A DNA stretch of 62,975 nucleotides, the filler included, from Octopus bimaculoides (lineage: Eukaryota), in NCBI RefSeq assembly GCF_001194135.2. It is 7 parts of 7 records of this genome, joined end to end, with 100 filler letters (N's around TTAATTAATTAA, not from the genome) between each part and the next. Parts side by side here need not be neighbours in the genome. Positions count along the whole stretch, not along the records: positions 40,730 to 56,093 come from NC_068983.1; positions 56,194 to 61,676 come from NC_068993.1; 5 more parts are not named here. The stretch is one strand, 5' to 3'. The translations under genes were made by a program, and so were the position numbers. The notes under the pieces were generated by a model. That model did no database searches. It was given only the letters and a program-made list of their open reading frames with translations, and had not been told where the DNA came from. This document shows positions 49,579 to 61,040 of this stretch, piece after piece; position 1 is the stretch's first letter, and each line of letters begins with the position of its first letter.

Positions 49579-49621
49579 CTCAGACAACGATGTTTCGAGT
49601 TTATTGACTCTTGTCGGTGAG
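49579..49621 (-). ncRNA. Hammerhead-like motif H2 (core CCGACAA)
   Basis: CTCA-CCGACAA-GAGT(CAATAA)ACTC-GAAAC-ATCGTT-GTC-TGAG. Confidence 0.55.
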
Positions 49622-49812
49622 ATGTACCTAAGAGAGGCAACTCTGAATGAACTGAATAAAGCTCATAGTTTTATATATAATTCAGCCAACGCATTACCTG
49701 ATTTGCGCTAGTAGTTTGCCCGATCGAGAAAAATATCGGAGTAATGTAGCTAAGCAGTATTTACGCAAATCACAATTTAGGTTAGTTGAAAACTTTTCAT
49801 TCAGAGTTGCCT

Positions 49813-49855
49813 CTCATCGACAAGAGTCAATAAACACGAAACATTGAGGTCTGAG
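49813..49855 (+). ncRNA. Hammerhead-like motif H2 (core UCGACAA)
   Basis: CTCA-TCGACAA-GAGT(CAATAA)ACAC-GAAAC-ATTGAG-GTC-TGAG. Confidence 0.5.
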
Positions 49856-50169
49856 CTTACCGAGAGAGGGTTGCACTGAGCGAACTGAGTGATTTCACAC
49901 CTTTTTTACCATAACAGAGATGTTTTTTTCCCCACGGTAACTACATTGTATTTGCCTTTAGCGTTTGAAATACGTGACAAACATATTTCAACTAACCTAA
50001 ATTGTGATTATACGTACATACTGTTTAGCACCATTACTCCTATATTTTTTTCCATAGCGCAAATCAGTCAATATGTTGGCTGAGTTATATATAAATCTAT
50101 GAGCTTTATTTAGTTTGTTCAGAGATTCCACTCTTAGGTACATCTCATCGACAAGAGTCAATAAAATTA

Positions 50170-50310
50170 CAGAAAAATAGAAGACGAAGACAGGTGTATA
50201 AACAACAAGCAAGTGTTTGACGTTCGGGAAGGTGAGAAAGTCTTTTACGTTTCGAGCCTACGCTCTTCAACAGAAAGGAACACGAGGAAATAAACCGAGA
50301 GAAAATTTTA
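50170..50310 (-). mobile_element. Family H1 PLE-associated repeat
   Basis: Homologous to 2501-2630. Confidence 0.7.
50242..50277 (-). ncRNA. Minimal hammerhead-like motif H1 (A6U core)
   Basis: CTTT-CTGTTGA-A-GAGC(GTAG)GCTC-GAAAC-GTA-AAAG. Confidence 0.6.
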
Positions 50311-51339
50311 AAAAAACTTGTGGTATTAGCGGCCAATGATATATCTACCTCGATTAGGTATATATATATGTTACGATACGAATGACATTTTTCTGCAAAT
50401 GATGCACGCATGTGTTTTAGATCTCGCGTGACATCTCGTGCATATTCCATCCTTAGACATTTTAACCTATTCTATCGCAAGCGATTAATTATCGTTGAAT
50501 TCTTTTTCAGAAACATAGTTAATGAATATATAGACACACACACACATACACAAACACACACTCATACACACGCACACACACACACATACACACAAACACA
50601 CAAACACACACGCATACGCAGACATATGTGATCTTAGCTAAAATACAAATTTGCATACTTATATTATATTACTCGGGTGACTGCGTGTGTATGTAAGAGA
50701 TTTTGCACTAAATGATGTACAAAATAAATTCTCAATTAAATCAAATTCCCTACTTAGCTGGAGAAAGGAAAAAATTATGTTAATTTTCAGTAATTCCAAA
50801 CTAAAATGAATATAAGCAATTAATCACTCTAAATTATTTCGGAATGCTTAGGGGAAAATATATATATATATATATATATANNNNNNNNNNNNNNNNNNNN
50901 NNNNNNNNNNNNNNNNNNNNNNNNNNNNNNNNNNNNNNNNNNNNNNNNNNNNNNNNNNNNNNNNNNNNNNNNNNNNNNNNNNNNNNNNNNNNNNNNNNNN
51001 NNNNNNNNNNNNNNNNNNNNNNNNNNNNNNNNNNNNNNNNNNNNNNNNNNNNNNNNNNNNNNNNNNNNNNNNNNNNNNNNNNNNNNNNNNNNNNNNNNNN
51101 NNNNNNNNNNNNNNNNNNNNNNNNNNNNNNNNNNNNNNNNNNNNNNNNNNNNNNNNNNNNNNNNNNNNNNNNNNNNNNNNNNNNNNNNNNNNNNNNNNNN
51201 NNNNNNNNNNNNNNNNNNNNNNNNNNNNNNNNNNNNNNNNNNNNNNNNNNNNNNNNNNNNNNNNNNNNNNNNNNNNNNNNATATATATATGTATGTATGT
51301 ATATGTATATGTATATGCATATATATATATATATAGGGC

Positions 51340-51520
51340 GGGTAAAATTCCCGAGATCCATGAATGAGTTCTCTGCAGCGGTCTTTCTCCCTCATCATCG
51401 CTGTCATGTCCTGTGTTTCCCAGAAACCAGCGTCTGTCCTTAGGGCATCAACACATGTCATTCCTGGTCTCCCTCTTCTAGTGTGTCCTCGAAGTTCAGA
51501 ATTCCTGCCATTTACTGTGA
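51340..51520 (-). mobile_element. RTE-like LINE 3' end remnant
   Basis: GHTRRGRPGMTCVDALRTDAG...MMREKDRCRELI resembles RxRGRPxxTxxDxLxxD...DRxxWR. Confidence 0.65.
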
Positions 51521-52194
51521 TTGTGCATAGAGCAATGTAATTAATCAATGAAATTCATGCGTTACGCAATCATCAGGTTTATGTTGTGACAGTCGTGTTC
51601 CACAATTGACAACTGTATGTGTGTGCGTGTATGTATGTATATATACATACATATATGCACACGTACATGCACATACACAAGTAAGACTGAATAAAGAAGC
51701 CTTATTTATTCAAAAATATAAATCAGAATTAAATATGATACCATATTAAAAACAAAAGACTTGCCCCTTCTATTGAAAGATATAAGCCAGAGTAAATTTA
51801 CAGACCAAATATAAAAAGTACAGATTTACCCCTGCTACCTTCACTGTAAAATAAGTGAGTGAGCAATTACCTGTCCTTGTAATATATCTTCCCCCTAGCA
51901 ATATGTCAATTTTCAACCCTTAATTTGATGAGCACTGCAAAACCGATTATGTAGTGAGAATCGTGTTCCACAATTGACAATTATATGTGTGTGTGAGTGT
52001 GTGTGTGTGTGCGTGTGTGTATATGTATATATATATTTACATATATACATGCATGCGTACATACATATAAACACACACACACTTAAATATATGCACATAC
52101 ACATACATATATTGATATATATATACGTTTGTATTTTACTTGCGAGTGTTTGTTTATATTTTTAAGATAGTAAAAGTGTTTGCTAGAACCTTTG

Positions 52195-52960
52195 GTAGGG
52201 GAGTCCAAATGGTGGGAGAAAATAGAGAGAAAAATGGCAGGTGAGTCAGTTGTTGTTTGCTGATGATACAGCACTGGTGGCAGATTTGAAAGAGCAACTC
52301 AGGAGACTGGTGGTAGAGTTTGGAAGAGTGTGTGAGAGGAAGAAGCTGAAAGTGAATGTAGCTAAGAGTAAGGTGATGAGATGTTCGAGAGATGGAATGG
52401 CTGGTAGGATGAATGTGAATATAAATGGTGAGATGTTGGAGGAGATGAGTGTTTATCAGTATCTGGGATCACATGTGAATGGTGAATAGAAGGTGATATA
52501 TAGAGTGACGGGGGTGTAAGATACTTGGAGTTGTGAAACGCAAGCTGAGAGATAAAAGGTTGAGTATGAAAGCGAAAAGATGTGTCTGAGGTGTGATTGT
52601 GCCGACAATCTTATATGGGGCTCTGAGAGAGGTGGAAAGGAGGCAACTAGATGTGTTTGAGATGAGTTGTTTGAGGGATATGTTTGATGTGACACGGATG
52701 GTCTGGATGAGGAATGAGTTGGTGCAAATGTGAGTAGGAATGAGAGAAAATATATGTACCAGAATGGATAGACGAATGTTGAGGTGGTTTGGCAAACATG
52801 GAGAGAATGTATGAGGAGCGAATGGTAAGGAGGGTGAGCTTTGGGTGGATGGATGGAGTGAGGAAAGCTTTGGTGGTTAGATATGTTGGAGTGAGAGAGG
52901 TAAGATAATTTATTAATGATAGGAAAACTTGGAGAGTGTTTACGGACGGATGAGTGAATT
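52195..52960 (+). mobile_element. RTE-clade reverse transcriptase fragment (decayed)
   Basis: SQLLFADDTALVAD...ERKKLKVNVAKSKVMRC...YQYLGS, GVIVPTILYG, LDVFEMSCLR. Confidence 0.9.
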
Positions 52961-53649
52961 GATGTTCCTCAAAGGGGTTGAAAGTTGCTTTCTATGCCTT
53001 GACCCGAGCATAGGACGGGGCTCGCCTCTTTGAGCTGGGAAATGAATGGAATAATTGGTGTGTGTCTTGTTGGGGAATAGACCTTGGTAAATAGAAAAAA
53101 ATATTATTTAAGGGAAGAACACTGCATAATTATGAGATCATATTTTATAATTTTGCGCAAAATTATAAATCAACTTTTCATACAATTACAATCGTACGTC
53201 TAATACTTAGCTTCACTAGCTTGCTGGGCATATAGTTAAACGAAAATGATATTTGTATTAATAGCGATCAGATCAAGATAATGCCAATTACAAACATTCT
53301 TTGCTTCACGGAAGCAATGCGTTCCTGAAAACTTACCATAAAGCGAAATAGAGTAAAGCAAAACGAATTTTCCCGTTGATATTTTTGTTATTCAAAGATA
53401 ATGCGTTCCGATGGATATTTGTTGAGAAACAGCAAAATGCGAATATCCATAACACCACTTTTATGCAGGAGAATAGAAACATCTAAATATATTCAGAACA
53501 ATGTGCAAACAGAAACACTTTAATTGAATAAGAATTGCAATATCGTAATAGATTACGTACTTGCCATGAATGATATTGACTACTGTCTGAGGAATGGTGA
53601 TACTATGAGTTGCTGGGAGAATGAAAGACACTATCTTTCATCGCATATT

Positions 53650-54200
53650 TATTCATCATAAACGTCTACTTGCGGGGTGAAATTGTTTAGTGTTTAAGGG
53701 GCATCAGTATTCTATACAGCTCAGTGTAGGAACTAGGGTCAGCGAAAACTCGTCTTGTCAATTTTATTTTACTTTCATGATTAGGGTTGCTATCATTCAG
53801 CAGTCTTCTAAGTCATCCCCATTTAAGTGCCAAGACTTTTGCAATATTCTATGTCGTCAGCTTCAGTGTGGATGTAACAGTAACTTCTTCATTTGGAAGT
53901 GTCGCAACACCTTTCTGAATTTCATGCAAACTTTCTACTTGTAGAAAACCCAAAATCGCACATACCATCTGGTCATATAGTTTTTCGATTCATGCATTAA
54001 GTCAATGCAAAACTAAGTTCGAAACAGTTGAGCGAGTAACTTATTGAATACTAGACGGAATTTTCTGTCTTGTCACGTACTGTTTTTGCTGCAGATGTTG
54101 CAAGTTTTAATGTTTTGGTAGTTTGGGCGAATTTCTTTTCTCTTGCACCATATCTTTTCAACATACCAAGTTTAATATACAGTGTAATCATTTATGGTGC
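53650..54200 (-). mobile_element. Internally deleted Tigger/pogo-like transposase remnant
   Basis: HTH-like KLGMLKRYGAREK...LKLATSAAKTVRD followed by C-terminal-like NPNHESKIKLTRRVF..SYTELYR; TIRs not found. Confidence 0.5.
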
Positions 54201-55018
54201 TTTTTTATTTAACTCCCTTCCGTTCCACTTAATTGTTTCTTTCTGGAAATATAGAACTGTAAATACTTTAATTACCCACTACATATATATAGTAGAACCA
54301 GACACAAATTGTTTCCAGGGAGGTGAATGGTTGTTATATCAATCCTATGGGTGCATAAATTGAAGTAAGACGAAAACCTGAAGGTGTGAGATGAAAGGAA
54401 TGACTCTATAATTACAGTAAGCTGAAATTTAATCAGCTTCGTAGGCACTTTGTCCCTTGCACCTCTGATTTAAGCCCTATAAAATACAAACTGTTCATAC
54501 GCACACATACATACACACATTCACACGCACACAAACACACATATCACTATGTTGACGTACAACATGGGTAGCGACAGACATTAATTGGTATTATACTAAT
54601 ACTATCATTGTTATTGCCAGTTGTTTATTCAAAAGTTAGTGGGTTGTTAGAGTTTCTGATTTTGACTATATCGGTTTCTTTCTTTAGTGACAGTAATGGT
54701 ACTGGTATTGTAGATGCTAGCGAGGTTCTAGTTATATTGTTGTTGCTGTTTACTGTCCTTTCAAAGCAATCTTCATTAATTTAAGAATGAAAACATTTCA
54801 TTCAAAATTAAAAATACATTGGAGCACTACATTATCCCATTTGATTGATTGCTTTTCCTTTTTATCTCAATGGAGTTTTTCTCTTGTTCAGACTACTGAT
54901 GTTGTTGTTGTTTGTTATAGGGCGTAGACAGGATGGTAATGCTGGTAGTTAAATTGTTATTTTCTAGAATTGATGATAGATATCGGTGGCTGAGAAGATT
55001 TAGATATATGTATATACC

Positions 55019-55098
<80 letters not shown>

Positions 55099-55801
55099 TA
55101 TGTGTGTGTGTGTGTGCATATATATATACATATACATATATATATATATATACACACATAACATATATACATACACATACATATTCACGCGCACGCACGC
55201 ACGCACACAAACACACACACACACACATCTACAGACACCTAAATATTCACTCTCAAAAATCCTAGCTCAGATTCCTTAAGTGTTTACAGTGAAGAATATA
55301 CGAATACTTTGAGTGTGTGTGTTTGGCTTTCTGTTGTATGTGCGAGTTTGTGTGTGTGAATGCGTGCTATAATTATAGCTCTTGAAATTGTTATCTATTT
55401 TGATCTTAGCAAAATAATCGAAAAGTGGTCTTTTGTGTAAGAAAGTTTATTTTTTAATCTGCCGAAATTTATTTGAGCTTCGGCAAGAGAAAAATTAGAG
55501 GACACATCCTGAAATTCGCGGCCACTCTTTAGAATTCCCAGAAAAACGAGACCAGATAATTTAAGCAACTGTAACGCGAGGAATATCTGTATATTCTAAA
55601 TTTTCTTTAATGACAGAAATCAGATTTGATGAATGATGAGGTATTTAAATGAGGTTAGAAACCCGTATACGGATTTATAAATAGCATTGTTAATACATAC
55701 AGTATGGATATTCTGCTCGTAAAAGCAGAATATCCTTGTTGTCAGAACAGCATTTATTTTCATTTCACAAACTCACTTTCATACACAAACATTCATATAT
55801 A

Positions 55802-56093
55802 TCTCCTTCCCTCCCGGCCCTTCTAAGCTTCTCTTCACTCTAGACATTCAGAGCCTCTATACGGTGATCCCCCACGACGAGGGGCTGCGTGCCCTTAAGT
55901 ATTTCCTAGACCAACGCCCCAACCCACAACCCGACACCTCCACACTCATTCGTCTGACCGAACTTGTCCTATCTCTTAACTGCTTCTCGTTCGTGGGGGA
56001 TATCTACCAGCATTACTCGGGAGTGGCCATGGGGACGAGAATGGGCCCCAACTACGCGAACCTCTTCGTTGGTTATGTTGAGGCCCAAATATT
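55802..56093 (+). mobile_element. Penelope-like (Neptune-type) RT fragment, cut by a linker gap
   Basis: LLFTLDIQSLYTVIPHDEGLRAL...LTELVLSLNCFSF...GVAMGTRMGPNYANLFVGYVE (RT motifs A and B). Confidence 0.9.
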
Positions 56094-56569
56094 NNNNNNN
56101 NNNNNNNNNNNNNNNNNNNNNNNNNNNNNNNNNNNNNTTAATTAATTAANNNNNNNNNNNNNNNNNNNNNNNNNNNNNNNNNNNNNNNNNNNNAATAAAC
56201 TAAACAACTCATGGAATAATTTATTGCATGCCTATTTGGCAGTGCAGATTGTTATTATAACTAAAGCCAAATTTAAATTGACGTCAAGTTGGGCATTGCA
56301 TAGGACTTGAAACCTAAATTAAAGTTTTTGGTATTCGGATGAAAAGAGAGAGTGTCTGATTTTCTGGATTATGTATCAGATAAGCTAATATTTTATCCAA
56401 AATGGATTTCAGGTGTTGTTTGTCAACTTTGAGTTGCTGTTAGCTGGGTAGGGCCCTCAATTCCTGAGTAGTTCTTAAGGGACCCCATGGTGACATAAGG
56501 CATGTCTGGGGCGGTTTGTTTTTTGTTTTTGCCAACCTTACGTAAAGTATCGCATTCTAAATCGGAACA

Positions 56570-56830
56570 CTAGCGGTTTCTTCCAGAAAGAAAGAATAGA
56601 GGGGGATAGATGAAGAATCAATCCCAGTATAGAAGTGGTGCTTCTGAATTGATAAAAAGCAGAGTTAGCCTCGGTGATATTCGAACCCGGAATATAGTGA
56701 CTCAGCACCAAAGACCGATAGAATATGTACCAGGCTTTAAAAAAAAGAAAGGATATACTGGGGTCGGTTAGTTCGACTAAAAATTCCAAAATGCGGCGCC
56801 CCAGCATGGCCGCAGCCTAATAACTGAAAT
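56570..56830 (+). mobile_element. SINE family A right-half-related fragment
   Basis: accgatagaatatgtacc...ctggggtcggttagttcgactaa...gccccagcatggccgcag. Confidence 0.65.
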
Positions 56831-57715
56831 ACCTAACAGCTAAAGTGGTAGAAGGGTAGAAATACCTTTCAAATGTCGCTAAGGCTTTCTATACGATTTG
56901 CAAATGATTCTGTGAACTCGCCATCGTTCGACTTTAATATGGAACACCTTAAAAGAGAATAACATTTGTCAGGCAATAGCTACTTTGTATTACTATCTGG
57001 ATTACTGATACAATCATTGTTTTGTAATCTTTTAGTCTTTTTCTTTTTGAAAAAGGAGCATCGTTTCAACCAGACTTACATGAACCGAAACAACTTGAAC
57101 AAGTTCCACGGTGGATTTGATCCGGCGTTTTAAGAAGTCGGTTACCTTATCTCCAAATATATACTTTTAAACACGAATCTCTTCAATAAGATTTTGGCCT
57201 AGAGCGAAAAATCAGCAGCATCATATCGATCAATTTTGAAAGTAACTTCTACAGATCTAGTTTAGTTTCTGCAATTACTGTAGGAAGAAATTTGTATTCT
57301 CAAGCTTATGTACTATTGTTACTTCATATAATTGATTTATCCATATGTCATATGGTTTGTTACGTAAATATATTCACATTTCATATATATGTATGCATGT
57401 CTATGTCTGTAAATGTGCATGTATGCATATGTATATGCATGCGTGAGTATGTAAGAGAGAGAGAGAGAGAGAGGATTTATTTGTATTTATCAGATGACGT
57501 GCTCTATGTCAGTTGTTTCTAGAACTAAAGAACTTTACATATAAGTTTTCGGTTTTGTTACAGAATGTTTTCAAATGCTGAAACATCTAAATGTCATCGA
57601 TGACTATAGCTGCGAATATATGGCTTCTACCTCACCCAACAACACATTCTCCCCACCCTCTTATTATTATCTCTTTCCACCACTCACTCTCTCTATCTGT
57701 CTATCTATCTATCTA

Positions 57716-57771
<56 letters not shown>

Positions 57772-57788
57772 TATATATATATATATAT

Positions 57789-58504
57789 AGGTTTGCCCAA
57801 AAGTCACAGAGCATTTTTTTATTTTTAATAACCCCCTTATTTTTACAAATAAATGTATGAACTTTTAAGCCAATATAGAGGAGATAATGGAGATTAATTT
57901 CCTTTAGTTCTTTTTCATTATACCTCTGCATTACGTATGAAAAATGTTATCTTTTAAATGGCGTCCATTTTCAGCTTCACACATCCGTTCCCTTTCCAAA
58001 ATACGTTCCATGACAGATATAAGGGTTTCAGGGTCCAGTTACCTGATTTCTCTCGTGATATTCTCCAATTACTCCAGGGTTTCTGGCTTGTTGACATAAA
58101 CCTTCTCCTTAAGGTACCCCCACAAGAAAAGTCAGGCTGGTCAAGTCTGGGGAGCGCGATGGCTACTTGACGTCGCAATAGCAAGAGATGATTCTTTCTC
58201 CAAAACATTGTCTCAGCAACTGGATTGTCTCTCTAGCGGTATGAGCAGTTGCTCCATCTTGCTGGAACCACATATCTGTTTTGAATGGCTGGGCGCAAAA
58301 AGCTCGCGGTCATAACCGTGTACTGCTCACCAGTCACAGTGACAGCATTATCCCATCCGCCGTAATTGTACACCAAACTGTACACTTTATGGCGTGCAAT
58401 TCTATTTGGTGCTCTTTGGGTTTGAATAATAGACCCCTGATTTTGATAGAACAATATAAGAATTATCAAAGATTGCGACCCCTCAGTGACTTTTGGGACA
58501 CCCT
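57789..58504 (-). mobile_element. Non-autonomous Tc1/mariner element (rosa/DD41D-like) with 23-bp TIRs in TA tracts
   Basis: TIRs AGGTTTGCCCAAAAGTCACAGAG and AGGGTGTCCCAAAAGTCACTGAG; DMWFQQDGATAHTARETI...*PSRSPDLT..(D)FFLWGYLKEKVYVNK after frameshift correction. Confidence 0.85.
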
Positions 58505-58635
58505 ATATATATATATATGAATGTATGTATATATGCATATATATANNNNNNNNNNNNNNNNNNNNNNNNNNNNNNNNNNNNNNNNNNNNNNNNNNNNNNN
58601 NNNNNNNNNNNNNNNNNNNNNNNNNNNNNNNNNNN

Positions 58636-58693
<58 letters not shown>

Positions 58694-58779
58694 TATATAT
58701 ACATGTACATATATATATTGTGTATATTATACATAGAGAGAGAGAGAGAGAAAGTTAAAAATTATACAAAATCAAAAGT

Positions 58780-60530
58780 CAAAAGACTGGGATAGGTGTG
58801 GAGACAACAAACGAGGTGTATTAATTTGACACTCAGGAAAATGGAAGACTTTGACGTCTCGAGCCTAACTCTTTTTATAGAAACAAATGAGGAAAGAAAA
58901 CAATGGAGAGAGGAAAGAAAACAATGGAGAGAGGAAAGAAAACAATGGAGAAAGGAAAGAAAACGGAGAGAGGAAAAATCGTGCCTGGATTGACGATTTT
59001 ACATGTTGAATTGACTAGAAGGAAGTAGGTTGGTGGAAAGGGAGATAACAATAACCTGGCTTCTATGTGTGTACAAGCGTGAGTGTATGTGCGTTGGTGT
59101 GTATGTGTGTGACTAAACAAGTACGTGTGCTATGTGGAATGATGCGTGCGTGTGTGCTCCGAGTATTTATGTGTGCATGTATGTTGACGTGGGTGTGCGT
59201 AAAGCTGTGTAACGTATGTGTGTGAGGCTCGAACACTGGCAAATGTAGCGGATGACTGATCAAGCGGAAGTGGCGCGTGACCGGGGTGTCATTGCCGAGT
59301 CTGTCTTTCCGGAGATGTTCGGCAAATCGGTCGGCTAAGCGCCACCAGCCCGTTTGACCAATGTACAGGGAAAGAAAGAGAGAGGGAGCAGAAGATTCGG
59401 TAGACCACATCGCTGGAGGGGCGGGTAAATGAATCGGTGATGTGATAGAGGAGGTGGTGGGCGATGGTGAGAATAGTGGTGTTATAGATGTAGGGGTAGG
59501 TGTGGAAGCGTATGCAAGAACAAGGGAGAGAACCGGGAGTGGGGAAGAAGCTAAAGACTAGAAGGTCACGGTGGTTTGAAGGATATGAGGGTGGGTTAGG
59601 GAAGATATGAGAGGTGGGGGTCATATTGTAGTCGGCGGAAATCCCGAGGAATGGTGCGTTGGAGCGTAGGGTGGAGGGGTGTTAGGTGAGGGAAAACAGA
59701 GGCAGGTAAGAGTGGGACATGTGCAGCAGAGAGTGGATGCACGGTCAACAGGTAGGGTACGAGCGAGAACGGAATAGATATCGGTGGGATCTCCTTGTTG
59801 GGGAGAAGTGGAAAGCCATGAGTTGGAACTGTGTCTCGAAGTCATGGTCGTCACTGCAAAGACGGCGGAGACGAAGGAACTGAGTGTAGGAAGGGATAGA
59901 GAGTTTGGTGTGGGGTGTGTAGGGTGGGAGGAGAAGTTGAGACAATGAGGTTCAAAGCGTTGGGGCTAGAAGGGAGGAGGAAATACGATCGTAAATAGTA
60001 TGAGGAACAATTTGATAATAGTGAGAGTAAAGGGCGATAGAAGAAGGTTCTTGGGGTTGGTTAAGAGCCTCAGCTTTGTAGACGTCTTCACGCCTCACGA
60101 CCTCAGCTCCATCATTGTCAGCCGATTTAAAGACGTTGTCATGACGGTGTCGGAGGCATCGAAGGGATGAGAGTTCCACTCGGGAGATGTTGAAATGTCT
60201 AGGACGCCTCCAGAGGTTGGTCCAGGGCTAGTTGGCAAGCTCTTCAAAATTGATCTATTGCATGGAAATGGCCAGGAACCGGCGCCCAGTTGGATGGCTC
60301 GCGGCCCAGATCAATGCAGCAGTCTCCTTCATTAGATGCAGACGGAGTATTGTTGAATAAAGCATGCAGCCTGACACAACGCACGGAGTATAGAACATCA
60401 CCTCGGGCCCGAAACCCGTTGCTGGACGGAGTGAATGTTATGAAACGGAGACCCCTACTAAAGAGAGACCAATCGGTTTCAGAGAGCGGGGAGATCAAAA
60501 GGAATAGTAACAACAGGGTGAATGGGAGAT
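58780..60530 (-). mobile_element. Neptune-like PLE with the RT core deleted; N-terminus, thumb, GIY-YIG and H1 3' repeat retained
   Basis: VVTIP.DL.LSETDWSLFSRGLRF; KSADNDGAEVV (KPADKG-like); HTKLSIPSYTQFLRLRRLCSDD; VVYRIFC..LYIGQTG..RLADRFAEHLR...PVTRHF. Confidence 0.85.
58885..58975. repeat. 21-bp minisatellite (aaacaatggagagaggaaaga), about 3.5 copies, in the PLE 3' region
   Basis: Direct inspection. Confidence 0.85.
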
Positions 60531-61040
60531 GTATATGTATATATATATGTATATATATANNNNNNNNNNNNNNNNNNNNNNNNNNNNNNNNNNNNNNNNN
60601 NNNNNNNNNNNNNNNNNNNNNNNNNNNNNNNNNNNNNNNNNNNNNNNNNNNNNNNNNNNNNNNNNNNNNNNNNNNNNNNNNNNNNNNNNNNNNNNNNNNN
60701 NNNNNNNNNNNNNNNNNNNNNNNNNNNNNNNNNNNNNNNNNNNNNNNNNNNNNNNNNNNNNNNNNNNNNNNNNNNNNNNNNNNNNNNNNNNNNNNNNNNN
60801 NNNNNNNNNNNNNNNNNNNNNNNNNNNNNNNNNNNNNNNNNNNNNNNNNNNNNNNNNNNNNNNNNNNNNNNNNNNNNNNNNNNNNNNNNNNNNNNNNNNN
60901 NNNNNNNNNNNNNNNNNNNNNNNNNNNNNNNNNNNNNNNNNNNNNNNNNNNNNNGTGTTGTGTTTTGTATATAGTATGTAAAAGCAAATATTAATTGATG
61001 GATTCACTCCACACCATTCAGTAGAGTAATGGATTTATTT

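Larger units (their letters stand above)
49397..50165. repeat. Tandem ~335-nt unit (family H2) arranged as two opposed arrays
   Basis: atcggagtaatg at 49397 and 49735 (period 338). From about 49791 the same unit runs in the opposite orientation (period about 331, tcgacaagagtc near 49817 and 50148). Confidence 0.85.
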
